This document shows, in pieces, positions 36,904-48,654 of a DNA stretch of 64,000 bases. This DNA comes from Pseudomonadota bacterium (GTDB taxonomy: Bacteria > Bdellovibrionota > Bdellovibrionia > Bdellovibrionales > SG-bin7). The position numbers and the translations under genes are program-made. Position 1 is the first letter of the stretch, and each line of letters begins with the position of its first letter. The notes under the pieces are model-generated. The model was not told the DNA's origin, made no database searches, and saw only the letters and a program-made list of their open reading frames with translations. The DNA is taken from the NCBI GenBank assembly GCA_034439715.1, contig JAWXAY010000075.1, positions 15,468 through 79,467 of the forward strand, read 5' to 3'.

Positions 36904-39900
36904 ATGAGTGAAATTACTGAGAACAATCAAACTCAACAAAATAAATCAGAGAAACTCTGGGTCGGACTTGAACACTATTATGATGATCCTAAATTTTTAG
37001 AAATGGCGCAGAAGGAATTCTTGTCGTCGCCACTGAGCAGTGAACCTGACTCAGAATTTGGTCGCCGCGAATTTTTAAAACTCATGGGCGCGAGTATTGC
37101 CTTAGCCTCTACTTCATGCATCCGTCGTCCGGCAAACAAGATTGTACCTTATGTAAAGAGACCCGACGAAGTTGTTCCTGGCGTTGCCAATTATTACGCT
37201 ACAAGCTGGCTAGATAATGGACAAGGTTTTGGCATGGTCATTAAAACCAGAGAGGGTCGACCCATTAAAGCCGAAGGATTACTAGAGCACCCGGTAAATA
37301 GGGGCGGACTTTCAGCTCGAGCCCAAGCTCATGTACTCAGTGTTTATGATCCCGATCGCGCGCGCGGGCCAAAGAAAAATATCGTTAATGAAAAGCGAAC
37401 AAATTCTGACTCGGTAGAAGTGACTTGGGAAGCCGCTGACAAAGAAGTCATAGAGCAATTAAAAAAAGGAAAAGTGAGAATTCTATCAGGCACGTTGGCG
37501 TCTCCGTCGACAGAGTCTTTGATATCTGAGTTCTCTCGTGCTTTTGGGGCTAAGCATATCGTTTGGGATAATTTAGGTGCTGATGATGTAAAAGAAGGGC
37601 AAGCCCTTTGCTACGGCCAAGAAGCGGTGCCGCGCTACCGGTTTGATAAAGCTAAAACTGTCGTCAGCTTTGGTGCCGACTTTTTGGGAACCTATTTATC
37701 ACCCGTAGAATTTACGAAACTGTTTGCTAAATCTCGGCATGCGGGACCTTTGATGAGTCAGTTGGTGGTTTTTGAATCCCTGTATTCATTAACAGGGGCC
37801 AATGCCGACACTCGTGTTTCGGTGGCTAGCGACCAATTGTTTGCGAGCCTCATGGGCCTTATTCATGAAATCGTCGTTGTGAACAAAAAATCAAGTTATG
37901 CTGGCAACGCAGAAGTTCAAAAGTGGCTGGAGCCCTACGCGAATGTGGCTGTGAATAATGGAGTTTCTTCAGAAATTTTTTCGCAGCTGGCTCAAGAATT
38001 ATGGAAAAATAGAGGCGAGAGCCTCATCATTTCAGGTGGATTAAATATTCCAACAAAACAAGCTGTGCCTCTGCAAATAGCCACTAATTTTTTGAATTCA
38101 TTACTCGATAACGATGGTAAAACGATTGATGTCAACATTTCGCCCAACAAAACCTACAAGGGCTCATTTAAGGCGTTGGCTTTGCTGATTGATGAGATGA
38201 AAAATGGACAGGTCTCGACGTTGATTATTCATCGCTCCAATCCTATTTATTCCCTCCCAGTATCTTCGGGTTTTCAAGAAGCTCTGAATAAAGTGGGGCT
38301 TGTGATTTATACCGGAGACCGTAACGATGAAACTGGCAGAATCTCAAATATGTTTTTACCGGATCACCATTCGCTTGAAAACTGGGGCGATGGAGAATTT
38401 CAAAAACAGGTTTACTCAATTCAACAGCCGACCATTAGGCCAATGTTTAACACCCGAGCCTTTCAGGATTCTCTCTTAACTTGGATGAGCCTCGGTGGCT
38501 CAAAGTCAGCGGCTAAGGATTGGCATGATTATTTGGTGAATTATTGGAAGTCCAACATTTACGGCCAGTGGACCAAAGGGGCAAAAAGTTTTGAGGAGTT
38601 TTGGGTTGACGTTTTGCAACGTGGCGTAATGGATGTTTCTAACTTATCGGCCAAGCGGTCAGCGACTAGTGGAGCTAGGCCTTTTAGTTTAGGCGCCTTA
38701 AAAAATTCTAAGGTAGAAGCGGCACCACCGGGTACAAAATTATTAATGTATTCTAAGGTTGGCATGGGCGATGGTTCGATGGCCAATATTTCGTGGATCC
38801 AAGAGTTTCCTGATCCCGTTACAAAAATTACCTGGGATAATTATTTAACGGTATCTGAAGAGTTTGCTAGTAAAAATGGCCTCAAGGAAGGCTCATTAGT
38901 TGAAGTCACTGCCAACGAGTATGTCGAGGCCCTGCCTGTGCACATTCAGCCGGGGCAACATTCAAATGCGGTGGGTGTGGCAGTCGGATATGGTCGTCGA
39001 TTTGCCGGTAAAATTGCGAGCGAAAGTGGCGAGGAAGTTAGCAATAGATCGATTGGTCAAAACGCTTTTCTTTTTGCCAAACTTGAAAATGATCAGTGGA
39101 TTCGCTCGGGAATGACCGTAAAAGTTACAGTCATTGAAGACAAGTTTCATCCTTTAGCCTGCACTCAGGGCCACCATATGCTGCGTGATAAAAAATTTGA
39201 AGTGAAGGATCGCAACATTATTGCCCATACCTCTCTTACGGAATTCTTAAAAAATAAGAAGGCTGGAATTCACCAACATGGTGAATTAAAGAGTATTTGG
39301 CCTGAGCACAAATACACCGGCCACAAATGGGCCATGGTCATTGACAGTAACTCCTGTACAGGCTGCAGCGCCTGCGTTGTGGCTTGTCAGTCCGAAAATA
39401 ATATTCCTGCCGTAGGAAAGCGATACGTTTTAGAAGGACGTGAGATGCATTGGATTCGGATCGATCGTTACTACCGAGGTGACCCCGAGGCGCCTGAAAC
39501 TTTGTATCAGCCAATGCTGTGTCAACATTGTGACAATGCTCCTTGCGAAACAGTCTGCCCGGTGGTTGCCACTTCTCACAGTAGCGAGGGACTCAACGAA
39601 ATGATTTATAATCGTTGTGTGGGGACTAGATACTGTTCCAATAACTGTCCTTACAAGGTGCGAAGGTTTAACTGGTTTAATTATTTAGATCATAATGACA
39701 CTTTAAAATTAGCCTATAACCCCGAGGTCACAGTTCGTAGTCGAGGGGTGATGGAAAAATGTACCTTTTGCGTCCAAAGAATTAAAGAAGCCAAGCAAAC
39801 AGCTCAGGATAAAAAGGTGCCCTTGGCTGACGGCGATATCAGAACCGCATGTCAGCAATCTTGTCCGGCCGATGCGATATCTTTTGGGGACAATAACGAT

Positions 39901-40050
39901 AAAGGCAGTCAAGTTAGTCAGCTTTTTAACTCTGACCGAGCCAGCGTTGTATTAGAGGAGCTTTATGCAAAGCCGGCAATTAAATATCTGACTAAAATTA
40001 AGAATCCTTTGATGGCACAAGTGAGTTCGCATCAAGAAGGAGGTCATTGA
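36904..40050 (+). CDS. actB: Alternative complex III subunit ActB (molybdopterin-oxidoreductase-like domain plus Fe-S domain)
   Basis: Internal Tat motif RREFLK followed by a lipobox Cys; C-terminal [27 protein letters not shown] and MEKCTFC. Confidence 0.93.
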   Translation: MSEITENNQTQQNKSEKLWVGLEHYYDDPKFLEMAQKEFLSSPLSSEPDSEFGRREFLKLMGASIALASTSCIRRPANKIVPYVKRPDEVVPGVANYYATSWLDNGQGFGMVIKTREGRPIKAEGLLEHPVNRGGLSARAQAHVLSVYDPDRARGPKKNIVNEKRTNSDSVEVTWEAADKEVIEQLKKGKVRILSGTLASPSTESLISEFSRAFGAKHIVWDNLGADDVKEGQALCYGQEAVPRYRFDKAKTVVSFGADFLGTYLSPVEFTKLFAKSRHAGPLMSQLVVFESLYSLTGANADTRVSVASDQLFASLMGLIHEIVVVNKKSSYAGNAEVQKWLEPYANVAVNNGVSSEIFSQLAQELWKNRGESLIISGGLNIPTKQAVPLQIATNFLNSLLDNDGKTIDVNISPNKTYKGSFKALALLIDEMKNGQVSTLIIHRSNPIYSLPVSSGFQEALNKVGLVIYTGDRNDETGRISNMFLPDHHSLENWGDGEFQKQVYSIQQPTIRPMFNTRAFQDSLLTWMSLGGSKSAAKDWHDYLVNYWKSNIYGQWTKGAKSFEEFWVDVLQRGVMDVSNLSAKRSATSGARPFSLGALKNSKVEAAPPGTKLLMYSKVGMGDGSMANISWIQEFPDPVTKITWDNYLTVSEEFASKNGLKEGSLVEVTANEYVEALPVHIQPGQHSNAVGVAVGYGRRFAGKIASESGEEVSNRSIGQNAFLFAKLENDQWIRSGMTVKVTVIEDKFHPLACTQGHHMLRDKKFEVKDRNIIAHTSLTEFLKNKKAGIHQHGELKSIWPEHKYTGHKWAMVIDSNSCTGCSACVVACQSENNIPAVGKRYVLEGREMHWIRIDRYYRGDPEAPETLYQPMLCQHCDNAPCETVCPVVATSHSSEGLNEMIYNRCVGTRYCSNNCPYKVRRFNWFNYLDHNDTLKLAYNPEVTVRSRGVMEKCTFCVQRIKEAKQTAQDKKVPLADGDIRTACQQSCPADAISFGDNNDKGSQVSQLFNSDRASVVLEELYAKPAIKYLTKIKNPLMAQVSSHQEGGH

Positions 40051-41435
40051 TGTTTACCCGAGACCAGCTAATCACCGGAAATAAAACACTTGAACAGATC
40101 ACCAATGATATCTGCGAGCCCGTAGAGACGGTGCCCACAATTAAATGGGTGGCGCTAATGTTGGGTGCTAACTCCACGCTTTTAATTTTCGTATCCACAT
40201 TGATCATGATCATTGGACTCGGCATGGGCCTAATGGCTGTCAATCATCCCATCGGCTGGGGAACAGATATTATAACTTTTGTTTTTTGGATTGGTATCGG
40301 ACATGCGGGCACGCTCATCTCAGCAATTCTATTTTTATTTCGACAAAAGTGGCGGACATCAATAGCGCGCTCGGCAGAAGCGATGACAGTTTTTGCAGTT
40401 ATGACTGCAGGTATTTTTCCGCTTTTACATACCGGCCGCCCGTGGTTAGGCTATTGGTTGTTGCCTTATCCCAATCAACGCGGTCCTTTGTGGATCAACT
40501 TTCGGTCACCTCTTCTTTGGGACGTGTTTGCTGTTTCTACGTACATGACTGTTTCGGTTGTTTTTTGGTACGTGGGGATGGTTCCTGATTTTGCGACTCT
40601 GCGCGATCGGGCTAAAAATAAAATACGTAAGATTGCCTATGGTGCCTTGTCGCTCGGTTGGCGAGGTACCGCGCGAAATTGGAGCCACTATGAAATGACT
40701 TACCTCCTCCTGGCGGGTCTTTCAACACCACTTGTATTGTCGGTTCATACAATTGTATCTTTTGATTTCGCGGTCTCCCAACTTCCGGGTTGGCACACAA
40801 CTATTTTTCCGCCCTACTTTGTGGCTGGAGCGATTTTTTCGGGTTTTGGAATGGTAGTGACTTTAATGACCTTGGTCAGGATCGGATTTCCAAAATTTAA
40901 AGATTATGTGACCATTAATCATATGGAAGTCATGAATAAGATCATCATGACTACGGGACTGATGGTTGGCTACGCCTACGCGACCGAGTTTTTTATAGCT
41001 TGGTATTCCGGAAATCCCTTTGAGTCTTTTGTCTTCATCAATCGAGCATTTGGCCCCTACGCCTGGTCTTATTGGATCATGGTAACCTGCAACGTATTTA
41101 TCCCGCAACTTTTTTGGTGGAAGAGCATTCGTCGCAGTATTCCCGCAATGTTTGTGATTTCAATCTGTGTGAATATTGGTATGTGGTTTGAGCGGTTTGT
41201 TATTGTGGTAACATCCCTCCATCGAGACTTTCTGCCCGCAAACTGGGGCGATTTTATTTTTACTTGGGCTGACTTTGGTGTTTTGTTTGGTAGTTTTGGA
41301 TTTTTTTTAACACTGTTTTTATTGTACCTAAGATTGGCTCCGGCTATTTCGATTGCTGAGTTAAAACCGGTGTTAAATGTGGGTCGCGACAATAATGGGC
41401 ATGATGCCTCTAGCGGAGGAACTCATCATGGCTAA
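40050..41435 (+). CDS. actC: Alternative complex III subunit ActC (NrfD family)
   Basis: [35 protein letters not shown]. Confidence 0.93.
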   Translation: MFTRDQLITGNKTLEQITNDICEPVETVPTIKWVALMLGANSTLLIFVSTLIMIIGLGMGLMAVNHPIGWGTDIITFVFWIGIGHAGTLISAILFLFRQKWRTSIARSAEAMTVFAVMTAGIFPLLHTGRPWLGYWLLPYPNQRGPLWINFRSPLLWDVFAVSTYMTVSVVFWYVGMVPDFATLRDRAKNKIRKIAYGALSLGWRGTARNWSHYEMTYLLLAGLSTPLVLSVHTIVSFDFAVSQLPGWHTTIFPPYFVAGAIFSGFGMVVTLMTLVRIGFPKFKDYVTINHMEVMNKIIMTTGLMVGYAYATEFFIAWYSGNPFESFVFINRAFGPYAWSYWIMVTCNVFIPQLFWWKSIRRSIPAMFVISICVNIGMWFERFVIVVTSLHRDFLPANWGDFIFTWADFGVLFGSFGFFLTLFLLYLRLAPAISIAELKPVLNVGRDNNGHDASSGGTHHG

Positions 41436-41961
41436 GAATAAAAAAGTCACGGTCGGAATATGGGAAGACGAACACAAATTGATCGAAGCTGCTCGCAAAA
41501 CACGAGAGGCTGGATTTAAGATTTTTGACGCAATTACCCCTTACCCCGTTCATGGAATCGAAGAGGCCATGGGTATAAAGAGATCATGGATCCCCTATAT
41601 TTGCTTTAGCTTTGGCATTTTAGGCTGCACTTTTGCCGTTTGGCTGACTAATTATGTCGCTGAGACCGAGTGGCCAATTAACATTGGCGGCAAGCCACTA
41701 ACTCTTTGGGCTGCCTCACCCGGATTTATGCCGATCATATTTGAAGTTTCAGTTCTATTTGCGGCTTTAAGCAGTGTGGCTGCTCTGCTTTTTGTGGCGT
41801 GCGACCTCCCCAAAATAAATCCGCCAATAATTGATCCCGCTTTAACGTCGCATAAATTCGCAATTTTTGTAGATGAAGCCGACGCCAGCTATAACACGGC
41901 AAAAATTCAACAACAGTTTAAAGAGTGGGGCGCTAAAGAAACTCGGGAAACGGAGTTTTAG
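41428..41961 (+). CDS. actD: Alternative complex III subunit ActD
   Basis: [27 protein letters not shown] before ATG 41428. Confidence 0.88.
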   Translation: MAKNKKVTVGIWEDEHKLIEAARKTREAGFKIFDAITPYPVHGIEEAMGIKRSWIPYICFSFGILGCTFAVWLTNYVAETEWPINIGGKPLTLWAASPGFMPIIFEVSVLFAALSSVAALLFVACDLPKINPPIIDPALTSHKFAIFVDEADASYNTAKIQQQFKEWGAKETRETEF

Positions 41962-42528
41962 ATGAATAGAATGACTTTTCACATAGTATTTCCATTGGCA
42001 TGCCTGATATTGGGCGGGTGCGATCCCAAACAGCCCAACATTGAGATTATTCAGGACATGATGGATCAGGACTCGGTGAAGGCACAAGACTATGAGCCCA
42101 AAAAATCAGATGGATTGGCGATGCGGATTCCGCCGAAGGGTACAATTCCAATTAATTTCGAAGCCTACATTATTAAAGATGTGGACGAAGCCTCTAGCAA
42201 ACTTAAGAATCCTAATGCGGATTTAGTTACGCGTACGGCTCAGGAGCAAAAAGACGTTTTAGAACGCGGTCGCTTTATGTTTGATACCTACTGCGCTATT
42301 TGTCATGGCCCTCAGGGCAAAGGCGATGGTGCTGTCGCTGATAAAATGTTAATTAAGCGACCACCTTCTTTGCTGGTGGCACCGATATTAGGTTATAAAG
42401 ATGGTCGATATTTTCATGTGATCTCCCAAGGATACGGAGTTATGAGCTCCTATGCCGGGCAGGTAGGAAAATTTGAAGATCGTTGGGCGATTGTGACATG
42501 GATTAGACAGCTTCAAAAAATGAATTAA
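41962..42528 (+). CDS. actE: Alternative complex III monoheme cytochrome c lipoprotein ActE
   Basis: LGGC lipobox, DMMDQ, CAICHG, DRWAIV. Confidence 0.88.
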   Translation: MNRMTFHIVFPLACLILGGCDPKQPNIEIIQDMMDQDSVKAQDYEPKKSDGLAMRIPPKGTIPINFEAYIIKDVDEASSKLKNPNADLVTRTAQEQKDVLERGRFMFDTYCAICHGPQGKGDGAVADKMLIKRPPSLLVAPILGYKDGRYFHVISQGYGVMSSYAGQVGKFEDRWAIVTWIRQLQKMN

Positions 42529-42543
42529 TGAGGGGCAAGGACA

Positions 42544-43755
42544 ATGGTTGCAAGTTCACATGTAGATATGAATGTTAAGCCAGGAAACCTTTTAGTTTCT
42601 GCACGATTTAAAACTACTTATTCAGTTCTAATGTTTTTAGGACTTGCCGTTTTTTTGGTGGGTTTAAAACAGTCCCAAGAAAGAGCGTGGGCCTCATACC
42701 TGATTGGGTTCTTCTTTTTTACTAGTTTAAGTTTGGGTGGGATATTTTTTACCTGCCTTCAACATGTAACTCATGCTGGCTGGAGTGTAAATATCCGTCG
42801 ATTTTCAGAAAGCATGTCCGCGTTTTTACCTTATGCTTTTGTTTTAGGTTTGATTTTTCTATTTACAGGCAGTGGCAAGTTGTACGATTGGCTTGATTCA
42901 AGTTATATGATGGCAGATCCCCTTTTGGCAAAGAAGGCTTCATATTTAAACGGGCCTTTTTTTGCGATCAGAATCTTGCTATTTTTTCTTATTTGGCTAG
43001 TGCTAAAAAATCGAATTATTGGTCAGTCATTAAAACAGGATGAAAACAATGACTCCAGCATCACCAATAAAGTCGTGCCATGGAGTATTGCGTTTTTATT
43101 AATATTTGCGCTTTCCTATACGCTTTTTAGTATCGACACTATTATGAGTTTGGATCCTCATTGGTACAGCACAATGTTTGGTGTTTATTGTTTTGCAGGG
43201 CTGTTTCAAGCTTCCCTCGCGATGATGATACTCATTACTATTTGGATTCGAAAAAAGGGCTTGGTAAATGCTTTTGTAAAAACGGATCACCTGCATGATT
43301 TGGGTAAGTTTTTAAAAGGATTTACTGTCTTTATGGCCTATATCGGCTTTTCGCAATTCATGTTAATCTGGTACGCCAATCTGCCCGAAGAAACCGAATT
43401 CTTTTTGCACCGATCTCACAGCGGGTGGATGAATATTAGCTTATCATTGTTGATTTTTAAGTTTATTGTGCCATTTTTACTGCTCTTACCAATGAAAAAT
43501 AAAAGATCCACACCTCACCTTACCCTCGTTTCAATTTTGGTTTTGATTATGGAATACGTCGATCTTTATTGGCTTATCTATCCTAATATTAAAGGCGGCT
43601 CGCACGTTATGTTTGGCGTTTGGGAGATCGGCGTATTTTTAGGGTTCCTTGGAGCCTTTATGTTTGCGGTTTCAAGATTTTTAGCTAAACATAGTTTGAT
43701 TCCCATGAACGACCCACGCAGACACGAGTCTATGGCTCACCACGTGAGCTATTGA
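42544..43755 (+). CDS. actF: Alternative complex III subunit ActF
   Basis: Polytopic membrane protein; MSLDPHWYSTMFG, HLHDLGK, IWYANLPEE. Confidence 0.9.
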   Translation: MVASSHVDMNVKPGNLLVSARFKTTYSVLMFLGLAVFLVGLKQSQERAWASYLIGFFFFTSLSLGGIFFTCLQHVTHAGWSVNIRRFSESMSAFLPYAFVLGLIFLFTGSGKLYDWLDSSYMMADPLLAKKASYLNGPFFAIRILLFFLIWLVLKNRIIGQSLKQDENNDSSITNKVVPWSIAFLLIFALSYTLFSIDTIMSLDPHWYSTMFGVYCFAGLFQASLAMMILITIWIRKKGLVNAFVKTDHLHDLGKFLKGFTVFMAYIGFSQFMLIWYANLPEETEFFLHRSHSGWMNISLSLLIFKFIVPFLLLLPMKNKRSTPHLTLVSILVLIMEYVDLYWLIYPNIKGGSHVMFGVWEIGVFLGFLGAFMFAVSRFLAKHSLIPMNDPRRHESMAHHVSY

Positions 43756-43786
43756 AAAAAACACAAAAGGCACTTGGTGTTTTTTT
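43755..43786 (+). terminator. Possible terminator after actF
   Basis: AAAAAAACAC...GTGTTTTTTT inverted repeat; weak, AT-rich stem. Confidence 0.4.
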
Positions 43787-43826
43787 GTAATGACTTCTTG
43801 GACAGTGCTGCGTAAGTAACCGCTTT

Positions 43827-44789
43827 ATGACTCGATTAAGATTTTCGTACGTATTTTTGTTTCAGATTATTTTGGGAAGCTCCGTGGCGACTTTTGCAAA
43901 ACCAATCGTGGTCAATGTCGCCGATACCTTTTCTATCAACTGGACGAACAATAAAGAGGCCACTTCCAGCCAAAGAGTTAAATCTTTTCATGAGAACGTC
44001 GTTCCACAATTCCCCGAGTTTTATAAATATCGATTTAATACTTTAAAAAAGCAAGCAAGAGATGTTGGCCAAGAGATCGTAAGACATTTTGATGAGTTTT
44101 CAGAAATTTCGATTGAGTTTTCAAAGCTTTCAAAAGAGCTGCCGACAAATCTTGAAAACGCTATTTTAAGTTTTTCAGAAAGATTTAAAGACTTTGATTC
44201 GAATTTTAAGATTTACCTCATTCATAGCCTAGACGAAATGGACGGGGGCGTAAGAACAGTCGGCGATCAAGAGTTTTTTATTTTTGGACTTGAAAGCATG
44301 ATTAAATTTCATAATTTCTCTAACAGAACTCCTTTTTTTCATCACGAGCTGTTTCATCTATACCATTTTCAGGTGCGAAAGGCCGAATTTAGAGAAGAAC
44401 TTTGGGAGTACCTTTGGATAGAGGGTCTTGCCACCTATATGTCTCATGTTTTAAATCCTACTGCTACTTATATTGATTTAGCTTTGGACGTGCCTGAAGG
44501 ATTAGTAAACAAATGCGAAAAAAATTTTCCGGACATAATAGAAGCTTTACTAGCTTCGTTCGACTCTAAGTCTCCCGAAGTTTATGCTAAATTCTTTTTA
44601 CCCAACGCTAACGACGAAATTATTCCTTCTCGAGCTGCGTACTATATCGGATATCTATTAGCCAAAGAGATTGCTAAAACAGCGGCGCCGGCGACTCTTG
44701 TGAACTTGGGTGGCGATGCCTTAAAATTACAACTACGAAAAGCATTACAGCAACTGCTTCGGACTCATCAAAATGAATCCCATTTTTGA
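43827..44789 (+). CDS. Secreted Zn-dependent metalloprotease-like protein (DUF2268/gluzincin type)
   Basis: Signal peptide; HELFH followed by EGLA; AYYIGY. Confidence 0.7.
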   Translation: MTRLRFSYVFLFQIILGSSVATFAKPIVVNVADTFSINWTNNKEATSSQRVKSFHENVVPQFPEFYKYRFNTLKKQARDVGQEIVRHFDEFSEISIEFSKLSKELPTNLENAILSFSERFKDFDSNFKIYLIHSLDEMDGGVRTVGDQEFFIFGLESMIKFHNFSNRTPFFHHELFHLYHFQVRKAEFREELWEYLWIEGLATYMSHVLNPTATYIDLALDVPEGLVNKCEKNFPDIIEALLASFDSKSPEVYAKFFLPNANDEIIPSRAAYYIGYLLAKEIAKTAAPATLVNLGGDALKLQLRKALQQLLRTHQNESHF

Positions 44790-44820
44790 ATACGTAAACT
44801 CCATTAGCAGCGATAAATAA

Positions 44821-47070
44821 TTAGGGAAGCGCCAAATTTACCACGATAGACTTGATTGGTCCGCCGACTTCAACAAGTGGGCTTCCAGAATATGGCTGGT
44901 GCGCCACTTTGCCTGAGCCAAAATCAAAGAGGCGATTGATTTGCAAGGTTAGCGGAAATTTAGAGTCAACTTTGAGTCGGTAATTGTCATCGCTTAATCT
45001 TTGAATAGATAACCTTCGAATTAAATTCCCCTTATAAGTGAAATTTTTAAGAATCATTGGCGTCTTTGGATCAATCACCAAATTCCATTCAAGATAACCA
45101 CTCACTATTTTTTCAGACGAAGTACCGGTTAGAAAACGCGGAAAACTGCCAATGTGAGATTGAGTTGATTGGCTAAGGTGCACTAGCCATGGCTTCGGAT
45201 CCTGTCCCAAATAAGCGGGAACTGGTCTGAGACCAATCAAGTGGCGCGGAAGGCTATAAGTAAAAGGTGTTTTGCCCCAACCGGTAAAGTCTGAACGTGT
45301 GGTGTGATTGGGTTGTTCGCCGACAATGGGTTGCTTTCGGCCATCAACAGTGCGCTCACCATAAAATTCATAAACCGTTTTGTCAGAGACTTCTGCCATA
45401 CTGGAAGTGAAGTTGCGGGTGATCACAAAAGCTAAATCAGGTCGCCCGCTATTTTCTAATCCTTGCGCCAAAATAACAAAGCTCGGAGGCCAGCGGCCGC
45501 CGCGCCAATATTGTCCAACACCAGAGTAGAGCGGATGTGATGACGACAAGCTTGCAGCTGGAAACTTCCCGCCAAATTTACCTTCAACTAATTGCATATC
45601 AGCAAAACGTTGAACTTGGTGGCTATCAGCGGCGGCAGCTAAAAATGGCCAGAAGCCAGCTTGAGTAGCAGTAGAAGTGTCTCGCTTGGTGCCGCCCTTA
45701 CCGTCAGATATTAAATCAAAATAAAAACCTTGATTTTCGTCCCAGTAGCGATGGTTGAGAAGATCTTTAAGTACATTGGATTTAGACCAAGCGTTTTGAG
45801 CTTCGGACCATTCACCTCGTAGCGCATGAATTTCGCCGATGTCTTTGTACACCATCATTTGTTGCGCTAGTAAATCAACCCAACCCACGATATTATTGCG
45901 GGGAGCATTGTCAGCGCCGCTACCAAGATTCGAAGTCCAGTAACCAATTAACTTTCCGTCTGGATCAACGACAGAACGAGTGAGTTCAATCCACGCTGCA
46001 TAATCGGTAAGTGACTTAAGAGAACGTGAGAGGCGTGGCGCTCCTTGGTTAGGATCAGAAAGCGCGAATAGATATCTCTCAACCCAGCCCGTGAAGTTGG
46101 GATTTGCGAACTCATCATTTTCGCGCTCCTTGCCGAACTTTACATCGGTAGGTCGATGATAAGAAATTAAATTGGAATGACGAACCTCACGTGGAATAGA
46201 GCCATTCTTCATCTTTATTTGTGTGCCGTAGTGAAAGTCGAGTGTAGCTGCGCTGAGTGGCAAGTGGTGTAGGCCAGAGCTGAGGCTAACAAATTGGTTA
46301 TCCCAAAAAAATCCGTTACCGTTAAAAGCAGCGTCGTTTTGTACACGAAGCTCGTTGGCGGCGGCAGTACTGATGAGGTGGTTATTTGGGTTAAAAAGTT
46401 GAAATCCGGTCATGTTACCGGCGTCATCCATTTTTGCCACGACTTTCAGGTTAACTCCGAATTCGGCGGCAGCTAGGCGAGTATTTGGAGTCGCTTGATC
46501 TGTTAAAATCCAAACCAACTTTCTGTAACCAAGTTTGGTAGTAGTCTCAACTAAACTTGCCATCTTGGCAGCATTGCGTGTTAAGAGCGGAAATTTTACA
46601 GCAAAGGGACGCTGCTCAGAGAATGCAACAAAACTCGAAGCGTCGACCATTTGGCTTTTATAACTTTCGAGTAAAACGGGAAGGGTTTCGTGAATGATCT
46701 TGCCGGTCTGATCGCGGAATTGTACAACGGCATCATGTTGTTCACCGCTACGCGCGAACTGAAGTCGCGCTGTAGTTTGCCCCTCTGGCAGATCTTGGCC
46801 TTCAACGCCGTCTTGAATAATTCGCACAATCAATTTTTTTGGATTCAATCTGGCTTGAAGGGAGGTAGCTATAGCCGTCCAATCCAGGTCAATCCGCGCA
46901 TTAGTCTTGTCGATTTTGAACTCCGGGAAGAGGGCCTTTTGATACTCTCGCTGGTTTTGATTTACGTCAAAAAACAGATCCGAACATTTTGACCCCATTG
47001 ACTGCGTCGCAGTCGCACAAGCGCTGCCAGATAAAAATAAAATAAAAGGTATGGCCAGAATTTTGCTCAT
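44821..47070 (-). CDS. Exported (alpha/alpha)6 glycoside hydrolase, GH63/trehalase-like C-terminal domain
   Basis: GSGADNAPR, YWDENQGFYFD, YWRGGRWPP, YEFY and FTGW motifs; N-terminal signal with Cys. Confidence 0.7.
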   Translation of the reverse strand: MSKILAIPFILFLSGSACATATQSMGSKCSDLFFDVNQNQREYQKALFPEFKIDKTNARIDLDWTAIATSLQARLNPKKLIVRIIQDGVEGQDLPEGQTTARLQFARSGEQHDAVVQFRDQTGKIIHETLPVLLESYKSQMVDASSFVAFSEQRPFAVKFPLLTRNAAKMASLVETTTKLGYRKLVWILTDQATPNTRLAAAEFGVNLKVVAKMDDAGNMTGFQLFNPNNHLISTAAANELRVQNDAAFNGNGFFWDNQFVSLSSGLHHLPLSAATLDFHYGTQIKMKNGSIPREVRHSNLISYHRPTDVKFGKERENDEFANPNFTGWVERYLFALSDPNQGAPRLSRSLKSLTDYAAWIELTRSVVDPDGKLIGYWTSNLGSGADNAPRNNIVGWVDLLAQQMMVYKDIGEIHALRGEWSEAQNAWSKSNVLKDLLNHRYWDENQGFYFDLISDGKGGTKRDTSTATQAGFWPFLAAAADSHQVQRFADMQLVEGKFGGKFPAASLSSSHPLYSGVGQYWRGGRWPPSFVILAQGLENSGRPDLAFVITRNFTSSMAEVSDKTVYEFYGERTVDGRKQPIVGEQPNHTTRSDFTGWGKTPFTYSLPRHLIGLRPVPAYLGQDPKPWLVHLSQSTQSHIGSFPRFLTGTSSEKIVSGYLEWNLVIDPKTPMILKNFTYKGNLIRRLSIQRLSDDNYRLKVDSKFPLTLQINRLFDFGSGKVAHQPYSGSPLVEVGGPIKSIVVNLALP

Positions 47071-47138
47071 TACCTTTAGATTAGCAAAGTACGGACCGAG
47101 ATAACTAGCTGAATTCTTGACATACCTTAGGAGATACT

Positions 47139-48512
47139 GTGCCCAAAAGTGTTATAAAAGTGGCGTCTTTTGGCATTGGTATATTTTTTGCCCTGAATGC
47201 CCAGGCGGGAGTGATGGAAGATAAATCTGTGACATTTGATCAGCGCGCCAATGCCGCTAAAAATACCTACGGCCTTGTGGGAAGCTCTGACGATGCTCCC
47301 ATTTGGAATGGTGTTTATGTAGCTTCACAAGCACATCGATTCAGAGTAACTCACGATCCTCAGGCGCTTAGACAAATGGAAGACGCGCTCTATGGATTAG
47401 TAACTCTCCATGATGTGACCAATATACCAGGGTTTTTCGGGAGAAAGATTGAGCCATTAATAATTGGGCTTAATGGCGCACCTGTGCTCCAAGACGGTTA
47501 TCAAGTCGGTCATGGAGTTTGGAGTAAATATGCCTGGAAGGGTAAAATTTCTCACGATCAGGTTGTCGGTTATCTTTATGGTTTGGGTGAGGCCTGGCCC
47601 TATATTCAAAACTCCGATTTAAAGACTAAAGTAAGAAATGTAGCCACTCAGATTGGTCAGCATTTTATTGATCACAAAGAAAAAATCCAGGGTCCGGGCA
47701 CTGATCTTGATTTTTCGCCGGCGCGAATAAAAATCGACTTTCTTCCTGAAGCACTTTCATTTTTGACTGATGCCATTTTACCTCGAGGAGGCAAGGCGAT
47801 GTACGCTTTGCAACTGTTAAAAGTTGTGTCGGTAATAACGAACAATTCGCTGTTTATTTCGTATTATAAAAAATTGCTAGATGATAAAAATTATGGCGCC
47901 CTGATTAGGGATTACACTCAAGGGTTTACGGAGAAAATTGTCGAAGACAATATCGGTGCGATCGATTTTTTTGCACGATTTCAGGCGGGATTTGTGGTGC
48001 GTGCCACACCGGATTCGTTAAGAGCCGACATTGCGCAGAATTTAAGCCATCTTGCGCTTTACTCATTGAGTAGCTTAGAAACAGACATCAGTTATCGCAA
48101 AGACTTCGTAGAAGCGCTCAAACGAAGTCATTTTTATGTCGCCCGACATTCCAACACTTTTTGGAATTTTTTGGCGGTCTCTCAAATAGAAAATGATCCA
48201 CAAGGCATTATTGAGGGGAAAAACTCATTATCGGTTTTTCCGATGGATAATTATGGCCTTCGAAGCAATAGCGGAGATAACAGCATTCCTAAATACAAGG
48301 GGCTTTCGCCTAACTTTTTTAAAGGCGCCAACTGGAAATGGTATTCCAAATTGCCGCTGCCATTTGAAAGACGTCCTATGCACTCCTTTGCATGGCAACA
48401 AAATGCCTTTGAAATGGATGGGGCCTACGGTAGTCACGATTGCCCAGGGGTAGCCTATTTAGCCGCTTATTGGATGGGCCGTGCCTACGGTTATATTGGA
48501 CCTCACGAATAG
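47139..48512 (+). CDS. Secreted hypothetical protein, probably alpha-helical toroid
   Basis: Signal peptide ending AQA; aromatic-rich motifs DDAPIWNGVY, WKGKISHDQ and YLAAYWMGR. Confidence 0.6.
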   Translation: MPKSVIKVASFGIGIFFALNAQAGVMEDKSVTFDQRANAAKNTYGLVGSSDDAPIWNGVYVASQAHRFRVTHDPQALRQMEDALYGLVTLHDVTNIPGFFGRKIEPLIIGLNGAPVLQDGYQVGHGVWSKYAWKGKISHDQVVGYLYGLGEAWPYIQNSDLKTKVRNVATQIGQHFIDHKEKIQGPGTDLDFSPARIKIDFLPEALSFLTDAILPRGGKAMYALQLLKVVSVITNNSLFISYYKKLLDDKNYGALIRDYTQGFTEKIVEDNIGAIDFFARFQAGFVVRATPDSLRADIAQNLSHLALYSLSSLETDISYRKDFVEALKRSHFYVARHSNTFWNFLAVSQIENDPQGIIEGKNSLSVFPMDNYGLRSNSGDNSIPKYKGLSPNFFKGANWKWYSKLPLPFERRPMHSFAWQQNAFEMDGAYGSHDCPGVAYLAAYWMGRAYGYIGPHE

Positions 48513-48654
48513 AATTTTGAGGTCTCTATTGACGAACAGGGTCTAGGTGCATTAATATTATACTTGATGATGCTTAATTTTCCTTCGAAAAATGATATCT
48601 ATAATATCCAAAAAAATCCAACCATGATCAACTTTTAATGCCCACGGCTTTGTA

